Position numbers and translations under genes: made by a program. DNA of 40,323 nt, from the NCBI GenBank assembly GCA_016210985.1, contig JACQTD010000058.1, positions 1 to 40,323 of the forward strand. Reading direction: 5' to 3'. The notes under the pieces were generated by a model. That model was not told the origin of the DNA and did not search any database. It worked only from the letters and a program-made list of their open reading frames with translations. Origin of the DNA: Acidobacteriota bacterium. GTDB taxonomy: Bacteria; Acidobacteriota; Blastocatellia; HR10; JACQTD01. This document shows positions 18,965-27,645 of the stretch, one piece after another. The stretch's first letter is position 1. Each line of letters begins with the position of its first letter.

Positions 18965-19188
18965 GCAGAACCGGATCGATTATCAGCCCAACCGGGTTTT
19001 CAAGTCACGCGATTCGCGCTTGGAGTTCAACCTTTAGGTTGGCCTCCGCTGGGTACAAGCTAAAGCTTGAACGCTGAACCGACCCGGTACCCCCCGTAGG
19101 GCTTGTTGTCGACTCAGAATCGACCTAGCATTTAGTGGGCCCACTCGCTCCGCGGAGGGATTGAACCCATGCCGACCGGGAGTAAATA

Positions 19189-19692
19189 ATGAGACTGATC
19201 CTGATCCGCCACGCCAAGGCAGGCAATCGCGACGATCCGAAGTATCCCGATGATCGGACCCGGCCACTGACCCGGGAGGGTCGGCGTGAGCACAAACGGA
19301 TCGCGGGCGCGCTGGCTAAGATGTCCGTCGACCTCGATCATATATGGACGAGCCCGATATTGCGCGCGAAAGAGACCGCCGAGATCACTGCACGGGAAAT
19401 GGGATTCACAGGCGCGCTTTTCGAGAGCCCGTTATTGGGCGAAGCCTTTTCGATCGACGGACTGATCGCCGCGCTCAAGCCGCTGCCTTCCGAGTGCAGC
19501 GTGGCCTGCGTGGGGCATGAGCCTCATCTCGGCAGACTGGCCGCCGCGCTGCTTCATCCGGATGGCTCGATCGCGATCAAATTCAAGAAGAGCGCGGCGA
19601 TGGGGCTGGATTTTCCAGCCCGGGCCGCCCGGGGAAAAGGGACGCTCCTCTTTTTCCTGCGCCCGGACCACCTCCTCTCCCTGCTGGGGTAA
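19189..19692 (+). CDS. sixA: SixA-like phosphohistidine phosphatase
   Basis: LIRHAKA, RPLT..G, TSPILRAKETA, VGHEP. Confidence 0.9.
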   Translation: MRLILIRHAKAGNRDDPKYPDDRTRPLTREGRREHKRIAGALAKMSVDLDHIWTSPILRAKETAEITAREMGFTGALFESPLLGEAFSIDGLIAALKPLPSECSVACVGHEPHLGRLAAALLHPDGSIAIKFKKSAAMGLDFPARAARGKGTLLFFLRPDHLLSLLG

Positions 19693-19815
19693 ACCCGTCA
19701 GCCTCGTCGTCTCTCCCTAAAATTCTTGGCAGTAGGTGGTTCGATGAGTACACCCCCGCTGTCGAACGCGAAATTCCACTTTCCCGAACCGGATGGCTCT
19801 CTGCCATCACGAATG

Positions 19816-19854
19816 TTCACATTGAATTAACATCTACGTAACAATCAGGTTACC
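19816..19854 (+). promoter_or_regulatory. Pho-box array (four half-sites)
   Basis: TTCACA 19816, TTAACA 19827, GTAACA 19838, GTTACC 19849: exact 11-bp period, upstream of the TonB receptor. Confidence 0.75.
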
Positions 19855-19955
19855 CCGCGGGCATAGAGTGCATCCGGTACTGCGGCATATGAGGTATCGT
19901 TGGTGGTTTCCAAGTTCGGCTTCAAGGAGGGAGAAGTGCGAGAGGATGTCTACCT

Positions 19956-22853
19956 ATGAGCAGAACTTTGATCTCCAGGCCCGCTAAATTGATCCTCGTT
20001 TTAGTTCTGAGTTGTCTGGTTTGCGCGTCGGCCCCCGGATCCACTCCTCCTGAAGGAAATGATCAGGGGACGGTCGCCGGCGTGGTGGTGGATGTCTCCA
20101 CCAACCGCAATATTACCAACGCGACGGTTATGGTGCCGGGAACGACGATTGCCGTCGAGACCGACCTGGATGGCAACTTCACCTTCCGTCTCAAACCCGG
20201 CACTTATCAAGTTCGAGTCAACCGTTCCGGCTATCAGGAGCACCTGTTGAGCAGTGTCATCGTTCATGCCAATCAAACGACCGGCGTTGAAGCGGCCTTG
20301 AGCTCGGAAGGCATGACGCTCGGGGAAGTTGTCGTGACGGCCGAGAACGGCGGCAGCGGATCAGAGGCTGGGCTCCTCGCGGACCGCAAAGCCGCGGGCG
20401 TCATGAGCGACGTGATCAGTGCGAGGGAAATGAGCCAGGACACCAGTTCCAATGCAGCCGGAATCCTGCAGCGAGTGGTGGGGATTTCGGTCGTACAGGA
20501 CAAGTACGTATACGTGCGCGGGTTGGGTGAACGTTACAGCAATACCGTCTTGAATGATTCCCTGTTGCCCACCACCGACCCGGACCGTCGCGTTGTCCCC
20601 ATGGATCTCATGCCGGCCCAGATGCTGGAGAATGTGAAGGTGTTCAAGACCTTCACACCCGACCAGCCGGGAGAGTTCTCCGGCGGACTGGTTAAGATCG
20701 CGGCGAAAGACTTTCCGCAGGGCAGCTCCTTGAAAGTTTCGATAACGGCTGGGGCCAACTCGCAGACCAGTTTCCGGGATTTCGTTACGTATCCGTCCGA
20801 TCGGCTTGACTGGCTGGGATTCGGAGCCGGCCGCCGATCGTTGCCGAGTATCATTCCCGCCGATGAGCGGCTGATTCGCGGCACGCCCTTCACACCCGGA
20901 TTTTCGCCGCAACAGCTTCAGACCTTCGGCCGGGCCTTCGAACCAATTTTGGAACCCGACCACGTTCACGCCCGCGCAAACCAGAGTTACAGCGTGTCCG
21001 GAGGCACGACGATCGGCAAGTGGGGCTTCGTGGGAGGGCTCACCTACTCCAACCAACTGCATACCCTTGAGGAGAACCGCCTCTACTACGTACTGGGCCG
21101 TGGCGGCCACCTCATCCCAAGAAGCGTTTTCGCCAGCGACGGATTCGTCCGTGACAACGGATTGGTCTCTACGCTGCAGGGAAGTGTTCCGGACGAATTT
21201 ATCACCAATGAGTTCCTGAAGGGTTACACCTCGGGTTCGAACGCCGTGCGCCTCGGAGGAACCGCGAACGTCGCGTACCGGTTGAGCACGAATCATAACC
21301 TGATGTTCAAGAACTTCTACACACACGAGGGCAACCGGAGTACGCGAACTTACGTAGGATGGTACGAAAGCCGCGGTACGCCGATTCGGGATGAGCGCCT
21401 TCGCTACCTGCAGGAAGGGATTTATTCAGGCCAGCTCTCGGGCGAGCATGTCTTTCCCGCATTCGGAAACAGTGTCCTGGCCTGGCGGTGGAACTATTCG
21501 CGCGCGACGCTCGATGAGCCCGACCTTCGAGAGAACATTTACGAATTCGATCAATCGGTCCAGCGGTTCAAGTTTTACAGCCAGTTACAGAGCAGCTTAC
21601 GGATGTTCAACACGATGAGTGAGAACCTCCGCGAGCCGGCGGTAGATTGGAGTACGTTCTTCTTTTTTCCGAATGTGACGCTCAATATCAAGGCCGGGGG
21701 ATCCTTCAGCAACCGCGATCGCGGCTTTCTCTCACGCCGGTTTCGATTTAACACCCGAGGGATAAAAGGTCTCGATTTTTACTCGCCGGCCGAGCAGCTG
21801 CTCGCGCCCGGGAACATCCGGCCGGATGGCTTTGAGATCTTTGAAGAAACTCGGCAGACCGATGCCTACACGGGCAGGCACGACATCTGGGCCGGGTATG
21901 GGATGGCCGATTTTACACTCAGGAAGTGGCGGGTCATCGGCGGTCTCCGGGTGGAGCGATCCGACCAGCAGGTCTTGACCTTCACGCCCATCAGCCGCGA
22001 CCCCGCGACCGTGACGGCGGGACAGGAGACTACCGATCTTCTCCCCAGCATTGGCCTGGTTTACGGATTCACCGGGAATATCAATCTGCGCGCCGGCTAC
22101 AGCCAGACGGTCTCCCGGCCCCAGTTCCGGGAACTCAGTCCCTTCGAATTCACCGATGTGACCGGCGGTCCCTCGGCCGTGGGCAATCCTAACCTGGTCC
22201 GCACGAAAATCCGGAACTACGACCTGCGCTGGGAATGGTTCTTCGCGCCGCAGAAGTTGATCGCGGTCAGTTTCTTTTACAAGGACTTCACGAACCCGGT
22301 CGAACAGGTCATTCAACCCTCGAATGAACTGACCGTCATTTCGTATCGCAACGTGCGGGCCGCGAAGAACCGCGGGCTGGAAGTGGAGTTCCGCAAGCGG
22401 CTCGGGGCGCTCTCCCCGCGATTGGAAAACCTGAGCGTGATGTTCAATTACACCTACGTGAACTCCACCGTGGAGATTGGTGAACAGGAAATCTCGGTCG
22501 TGACGTCGCTTAAGCGACCCCTGGTGGGTCAATCGGCGAATGTCCTGAACGCCACCGTACACTACGAGATCCCTCGCTGGAATCTGGAGGCGAGGACGAT
22601 GGTCAATTACGTCGGGGAGCGCATCAGCGATGTGGGTGCCTATGGCCTGCCCGACATCCGCGAAAAAGGATTTCCTACGCTCGACCTCTTCGTTTCGAAG
22701 AGGTTTCTGGGTGAGGCCAAGCGCATGGAGGCGAAATTCTCCGGAGAGAATCTGATCGATCGGGAAGTGCGATTCAATCAGGGTCCAATTCCGTACTGGT
22801 ATTTCCGCCGGGGTCGTTCGTTCAGTGTCAGCCTCTCCTACACTTTCTTTTGA
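19956..22853 (+). CDS. TonB-dependent receptor with N-terminal carboxypeptidase-regulatory-like domain
   Basis: Signal peptide, plug YVYVRGLGERYSNT..DLMP..KTFTPDQPGEFSGG, barrel YSQTVSRPQFRELSPF, GNPNL, terminal YTFF. Confidence 0.93.
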   Translation: MSRTLISRPAKLILVLVLSCLVCASAPGSTPPEGNDQGTVAGVVVDVSTNRNITNATVMVPGTTIAVETDLDGNFTFRLKPGTYQVRVNRSGYQEHLLSSVIVHANQTTGVEAALSSEGMTLGEVVVTAENGGSGSEAGLLADRKAAGVMSDVISAREMSQDTSSNAAGILQRVVGISVVQDKYVYVRGLGERYSNTVLNDSLLPTTDPDRRVVPMDLMPAQMLENVKVFKTFTPDQPGEFSGGLVKIAAKDFPQGSSLKVSITAGANSQTSFRDFVTYPSDRLDWLGFGAGRRSLPSIIPADERLIRGTPFTPGFSPQQLQTFGRAFEPILEPDHVHARANQSYSVSGGTTIGKWGFVGGLTYSNQLHTLEENRLYYVLGRGGHLIPRSVFASDGFVRDNGLVSTLQGSVPDEFITNEFLKGYTSGSNAVRLGGTANVAYRLSTNHNLMFKNFYTHEGNRSTRTYVGWYESRGTPIRDERLRYLQEGIYSGQLSGEHVFPAFGNSVLAWRWNYSRATLDEPDLRENIYEFDQSVQRFKFYSQLQSSLRMFNTMSENLREPAVDWSTFFFFPNVTLNIKAGGSFSNRDRGFLSRRFRFNTRGIKGLDFYSPAEQLLAPGNIRPDGFEIFEETRQTDAYTGRHDIWAGYGMADFTLRKWRVIGGLRVERSDQQVLTFTPISRDPATVTAGQETTDLLPSIGLVYGFTGNINLRAGYSQTVSRPQFRELSPFEFTDVTGGPSAVGNPNLVRTKIRNYDLRWEWFFAPQKLIAVSFFYKDFTNPVEQVIQPSNELTVISYRNVRAAKNRGLEVEFRKRLGALSPRLENLSVMFNYTYVNSTVEIGEQEISVVTSLKRPLVGQSANVLNATVHYEIPRWNLEARTMVNYVGERISDVGAYGLPDIREKGFPTLDLFVSKRFLGEAKRMEAKFSGENLIDREVRFNQGPIPYWYFRRGRSFSVSLSYTFF

Positions 22854-22907
22854 TTGTCGCCGGCAGAATATCCCTTTGCAGTGACATCCGAATCGGAGAA
22901 AAACCCT

Positions 22908-24194
22908 ATGAACCTGAAAGTGATCAGCGCCTCGGCCGGGCTCATCCTGATCCTGGCCTCACTCTTCACACCCTTGACCCGCTCGGTCGCGGCCGATGGA
23001 TCAGCGATCATCGTCGTAACCGGCGACATCACCTCCAGCGTGACCTGGACGTCGACCAACACGTATCTCCTCAACGGCGCCGTCTTTGTCAAGGAACCCG
23101 CCATCCTTACGATTCAGCCCGGAACGACCATCAAAGGGCTGGATCGCAGCTTCCTCGTCATTGAGCGGGGCGCGAAGCTCATGGCGGAAGGAACACCGGC
23201 GGCGCCGATCGTCTTCACCAGCTCGCAGGAACCCGGGTTCCGCAGCCCCCGGGACTGGGGTGGATTGTGGATCAACGGCCGGGCCCCGATCAATACTCCG
23301 GGAGGTCAGGAACTTGGAGAGACCGGCATCACCGGCACCTATGGCGGCGGAGCCGATCCCGACCCGCACGACAATAGCGGTATCATTCGTTATGTCCGCA
23401 TCGAATTCGCGGGCTTCCCGGTTGCTCCCGACGCCGAGATCAACAATTTCACGCTCGCCGGGGTTGGTGATGGGACGAGAGTCGATCACATCCACGTCAA
23501 CCGGGGCGCGGATGACGGCATTGAGTTTTTCGGCGGTACGGTAAACGTAAAGTACATCCTCGCGACCGGAACGGGCGACGACGGATTCGACTGGCAGATC
23601 GGTTACGTTGGGAAGGTCCAGTTCGTGGTGATCCAAGCCGACAACACGGTCGATCCCGCCTCCGACCGGGGTATCGAAGCGGACAACAATGAGAATAACA
23701 ACAATCTCCTGCCCGTCTCCGATCCGCAGCTCTACAATTTCACCATCGTCGGCGACAAGGGCCCGGGCGGCGGCACGGCCGGCATTGTACTCCGCAGGGG
23801 CACCGCCGGAGACCTAAGGAACTTCATCGTGGTCAACTACAAGGGCGCCGGAATCGATATCCAGGGCGGAGTGGCACAGGCTCGTGCTGGCAGCGGCGAA
23901 CTCACGATCACCAACTCGATCTTCTTCAACAACAACCCAAATTTCCAGGCGGGTGTGAGCGATTTAATGTTAAGCCAGGTGGCCACGATCCTGCGTTCCG
24001 ATCCCCTGCTGCGGGATCCGCGGAATCTGACCGCCCCTGATTTTCGTCCGTTGGAGGGATCGCCGGCGCTCGATGCGAGCAACGTCGCCGTTCCTCCGGC
24101 CGATGGGTTCTTCACCCCGGTTGCATTCATGGGGGGTGTCGATCCTCAGAATGACTGGACCCAGGCCGCCTGGATCAGCGTCGTCAGGAACTAG
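22908..24194 (+). CDS. Exported beta-helix protein, ElpS-like TonB-receptor partner
   Basis: LTIQPGT, PIVFTS, DWGGLWINGRAP, DNSGIIRYVRIEFAG, GVGDGT, DDGIEFFGG, GIEADN; GGAG RBS before ATG 22908. Confidence 0.7.
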   Translation: MNLKVISASAGLILILASLFTPLTRSVAADGSAIIVVTGDITSSVTWTSTNTYLLNGAVFVKEPAILTIQPGTTIKGLDRSFLVIERGAKLMAEGTPAAPIVFTSSQEPGFRSPRDWGGLWINGRAPINTPGGQELGETGITGTYGGGADPDPHDNSGIIRYVRIEFAGFPVAPDAEINNFTLAGVGDGTRVDHIHVNRGADDGIEFFGGTVNVKYILATGTGDDGFDWQIGYVGKVQFVVIQADNTVDPASDRGIEADNNENNNNLLPVSDPQLYNFTIVGDKGPGGGTAGIVLRRGTAGDLRNFIVVNYKGAGIDIQGGVAQARAGSGELTITNSIFFNNNPNFQAGVSDLMLSQVATILRSDPLLRDPRNLTAPDFRPLEGSPALDASNVAVPPADGFFTPVAFMGGVDPQNDWTQAAWISVVRN

Positions 24195-24254
24195 GGAATT
24201 TCAACCACACACGCCCGGCTTCTACGGCGGGCAACGCGCGAGTGCGAGAGAGCC

Positions 24255-24791
24255 ATGTTCAGGATGACCTGGAAATTTACCGAAAGCCGCGCTTCCGCTC
24301 TCGCGCTGTGCATCCTGGGCCTTCTGTTCTCGTCGGGCTGCAGCATCATGGGTAGGGAGCCGCGAATGATGCCGAACGCCCAGCCGAGCCCGGAGGTCCT
24401 GGTTGAACAGGTGCTTGAGGCCCTCGCCCGTAACGATGGCGGGAGCCTCAAGAACCTGGCGCTTACAAAAGAAGAATTCTGCGATATCCTCTGGCCTGAA
24501 CTGCCTTCCAGTGAGACACCGAACCTGACGTGCGACTGGGTCTGGAACACGTTCGGACCGAGCAGCCTGAACAAGCTCAGTCAGACCTTGGGAGCGCATG
24601 CGGGCAGGAAATACCAATTGGTCCGCCTACGGTGTGTCAGGGGAACAACCGCCTACAAGAGTCTCAAAGTCCATGAGGATTGCCGGGTTGTTGTCGGGGA
24701 CGACGAAGGACGCGAGCGCGAGCTCAAACTATTCGGATCGATCCTGGAAATGGATGGTCAGTTCAAGCTCTGCAATTTTATCGTCGATTAA
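24255..24791 (+). CDS. Hypothetical lipoprotein
   Basis: 178-aa ORF with hydrophobic leader and SSGC lipobox; co-directional with the TonB operon. Confidence 0.65.
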   Translation: MFRMTWKFTESRASALALCILGLLFSSGCSIMGREPRMMPNAQPSPEVLVEQVLEALARNDGGSLKNLALTKEEFCDILWPELPSSETPNLTCDWVWNTFGPSSLNKLSQTLGAHAGRKYQLVRLRCVRGTTAYKSLKVHEDCRVVVGDDEGRERELKLFGSILEMDGQFKLCNFIVD

Positions 24792-25003
24792 CTGAACGCG
24801 CTCCCGGGTATGGGGTCAATGCATCTCTCCGGTTCGCTCAGGACAAGCAGGCGCGACCGGGATGATCGGTCCGGGAATCGATTACGCCATCTTCAGGAGC
24901 GACGCTCCCCATCCAGCGGCTCTCGCACCGCAGCGGGGGCCGTGGAACTTCCCCGTTTGAAGACCTACCTCATGCAGGAATCGGATTGGCGTTGAAATTC
25001 TAC

Positions 25004-25039
25004 TTGACATTATTTGGTTATTTGGCTAAATTACCAAAT
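25004..25039 (+). promoter_or_regulatory. arsR promoter with overlapping palindromic operator
   Basis: TTGACA (25004-25009), 17 bp, TAAATT (25027-25032); palindrome ATTTGGTTATTTGG/CTAAATTACCAAAT at 25012-25039. Confidence 0.75.
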
Positions 25040-25047
25040 GGTTAATT

Positions 25048-25374
25048 ATGGAACGGAAACTCTTCAACCAGTACCAGGCACGCGCAAACGTGATCAAGGC
25101 ACTCGCGCACCCCACTCGTTTGTTCATTGTTGACGAGCTATCCAGGAGCGAGCGATGCGTTTGCGATTTGAGGGACATGGTGGGTGCCGACTTTTCGACC
25201 GTCTCCAAGCACTTATCAATATTAAAGAACGCGGGCATCGTGGACGCGGAAAAGCGCGGAGCACAGGTGATATATCGCTTGCGGATTCCATGCGTCCTCC
25301 ACTTTTTCGAATGCGTCAGTCAAATTATCGAGTCCGTGGCGAAAGAGCAGTTGCAACTCGTTGAGATTAGTTGA
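25048..25374 (+). CDS. arsR: ArsR/SmtB metalloregulator
   Basis: KALAHPTRLFI, ERCVCDL, STVSKHLSILKNAG, KRGAQVIY. Confidence 0.92.
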   Translation: MERKLFNQYQARANVIKALAHPTRLFIVDELSRSERCVCDLRDMVGADFSTVSKHLSILKNAGIVDAEKRGAQVIYRLRIPCVLHFFECVSQIIESVAKEQLQLVEIS

Positions 25375-25396
25375 TTTGCTTTTTTTTGATTGATAT

Positions 25397-25420
25397 ATGG
25401 CGATTTGGCCAAATAACCAT
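25397..25420 (+). promoter_or_regulatory. Second copy of the ArsR operator
   Basis: ATGGCGATTTGG/CCAAATAACCAT palindrome, same consensus as 25012-25039. Confidence 0.7.
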
Positions 25421-25448
25421 TGATGACCGAAATTCAGTCATTAAGGAG

Positions 25449-25526
25449 TGGAGCCTGGTTGGCACGAGAGACCAGTTCATCCACTACGTTCAGACGAATG
25501 TACGGGCCTACCTCGGAGGTGGCTGA
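25449..25526 (+). pseudogene. 3' remnant of a probable ArsF-family gene
   Basis: WSLVGTRDQFIHYVQTNVRAYLGGG* directly after an AAGGAG RBS with no start codon in that frame after the RBS; TGATG coupling to the next gene. Family call from recall of ArsF-like C-termini. Confidence 0.5.
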
Positions 25527-26170
25527 TGGACAGCCTCGCGATCGGTGTAGTCTCCGCGCTCTGGCTGGGCATTCTAACCTCGATAAGTCCTTGCCCACTG
25601 GCAACCAATATTGCAGTGATGTCCTTCATCGGGAAAGACCTGTCTTCCCCGCAGCAAGTTTTTCTGACCGGAATTTTTTACACTCTTGGGAGAACCCTGG
25701 CCTACTCGGTCCTGGCGGCCTTGGTGATCGCCAGTGTCCTGGCCATCCCGGAGGTTTCGTTCTGGCTCGAGACCTACATGAACAAACTCCTCGGGCCGAT
25801 CCTGATGAGCGACCTGCCCGAAGCTGTCTTGGAGTTACTGCCGCGTCTGCGCGACCGGAACTTTACCCGGATCCTTCTCGTGACCTTGCCGGAGGCGACC
25901 CCCGTGCACGAGGCGGGGCGGTTGCAGCAGGATCTGCTGCGGGCAGGCATCGAGCCATTTGCCTGGGTCATCAACCAGAGCTTTTCCGGCGACGCATTCC
26001 GCGATCCGGCGCTGGTCGAGCGCGGAAGCCGCGAGTTGCCGTACATTGCTGAGGTAGGCGATCGATATAGTAGCCGCGTGGCTCTGATTCCGTGGAAGGC
26101 CGAGGCTCCGGTGGGGCCCGAGAGACTCAGAGGTCTCGCGACCAACTCGATTCTATTGGCCGAGGTGTAG
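25526..26170 (+). pseudogene. In-frame chimera: ArsG/CcdA-like permease N-terminus fused to ArsA ATPase C-terminus
   Basis: LGILTSISPCPLATNIA..YTLGRTLAY..NKLLGPIL, then [53 protein letters not shown]; junction near 25806. Confidence 0.8.
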
Positions 26171-26172
26171 TC

Positions 26173-27252
26173 ATGAACACAGCCGTCGCTTCCCGCCTCT
26201 CGTTCCTGGACAGGTATCTAACGCTCTGGATTTTCTCCGCGATGATCGCAGGCGTCGCTGCGGGGTACCTGGTCCCCGGCGTCGTGCCGTTGCTGAACCG
26301 GTTTAATGTTGGAACCACTTCGATTCCGATCGCCATCGGACTGATCCTGATGATGTATCCTCCCTTGGCCAAGGTCAAGTATGAGGAGATGGGCCGGGTT
26401 TTTGGACGTCGCAGGGTACTCGCGCTCTCCCTGATCCAGAACTGGGTCGTCGGTCCCATCCTGATGTTCGGACTGGCTGTGACCTTCCTGCCAGACAAAC
26501 CTGAATACATGACCGGCCTGATTCTCATCGGTCTGGCGCGATGCATCGCCATGGTCATCGTCTGGAACGATCTGGCGCGGGGCGACCGCGAATACTGCGC
26601 GGGCCTGGTGGCCTTCAACTCGATCTTCCAGGTGTTGTTCTTCTCCATATACGCCTACTTCTTCCTAGCTGTATTACCGGGATGGTTTGGAATGACTGCG
26701 GTGCATGTGAACATTTCAATGGGAGATATCGCCGAAAGCGTCTTCATTTACCTCGGCATTCCCTTCATCGCCGGGTTTATCACGCGCTTCGCCCTCACCC
26801 GGGTCAAAGGCAAGGATTGGTATCAGACAAAGTTCATCCCGAGGATCAGCCCGATCACGCTGATCTCGCTGCTGTTCACGATCGTGGTGATGTTCTCGTT
26901 GAAGGGCGAAATGATCGTAGAGCTCCCGTTCGATGTGGTGCGGGTCGCCACACCCCTGGCTGTTTACTTCGTGCTGATGTTCCTTGCCTCCTTCTGGATG
27001 AGCAAGCGGGTCGGCGCAAACTACGCGGAGACCACGACGCTGTCGTTCACGGCGGCATCGAACAATTTTGAGCTGGCCATCGCCGTCGCAATCGCTACGT
27101 TTGGCATCCATAGTGGCGCCGCGTTCGCGACCGTCATCGGGCCACTGGTTGAAGTGCCGGTATTAATCTCGCTGGTAACCGTAGCGCTCAGATTTGAGAA
27201 GCGATACTTCTCCGCTGCGGGAGCCGTGGGGCCGGGTGTAGCACGTGCCTAG
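26173..27252 (+). CDS. acr3: ACR3-family arsenite efflux transporter
   Basis: [55 protein letters not shown]. Confidence 0.96.
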   Translation: MNTAVASRLSFLDRYLTLWIFSAMIAGVAAGYLVPGVVPLLNRFNVGTTSIPIAIGLILMMYPPLAKVKYEEMGRVFGRRRVLALSLIQNWVVGPILMFGLAVTFLPDKPEYMTGLILIGLARCIAMVIVWNDLARGDREYCAGLVAFNSIFQVLFFSIYAYFFLAVLPGWFGMTAVHVNISMGDIAESVFIYLGIPFIAGFITRFALTRVKGKDWYQTKFIPRISPITLISLLFTIVVMFSLKGEMIVELPFDVVRVATPLAVYFVLMFLASFWMSKRVGANYAETTTLSFTAASNNFELAIAVAIATFGIHSGAAFATVIGPLVEVPVLISLVTVALRFEKRYFSAAGAVGPGVARA

Positions 27253-27645
27253 TGCGCTCATTGACGGGATCCCTCCTTGCTCCAATTCACATTGGTGCCT
27301 CCAGTCTTGCTCGTGACACTGGTCATACGTCAGCTGGTGTCTGTGGACCAAGAATTGTCCCGCCTCCGCCAGGTTCTTGCTCACCTTGGCCGGGAACAGT
27401 GCCTTTGGTGACCGGATGGATTGCGGCCGAAGAGCCGTTCAACGCGACGGACACGTTGCATACTTCGTGATTGCGGGATAACTTCCAACCCTTTATCTGT
27501 TCTCGAGATCCATGAGCTTGATCACCCTGTGATCCACAGTTGGGCAATCATTTGGCGGACTTGGAAAATTGAGATAGTGCCTGACCTGATACATCGAACA
27601 TGCTTGCCGGTCGGGCAAGTCGTCACCAGGAGGGGGAAGATCATC

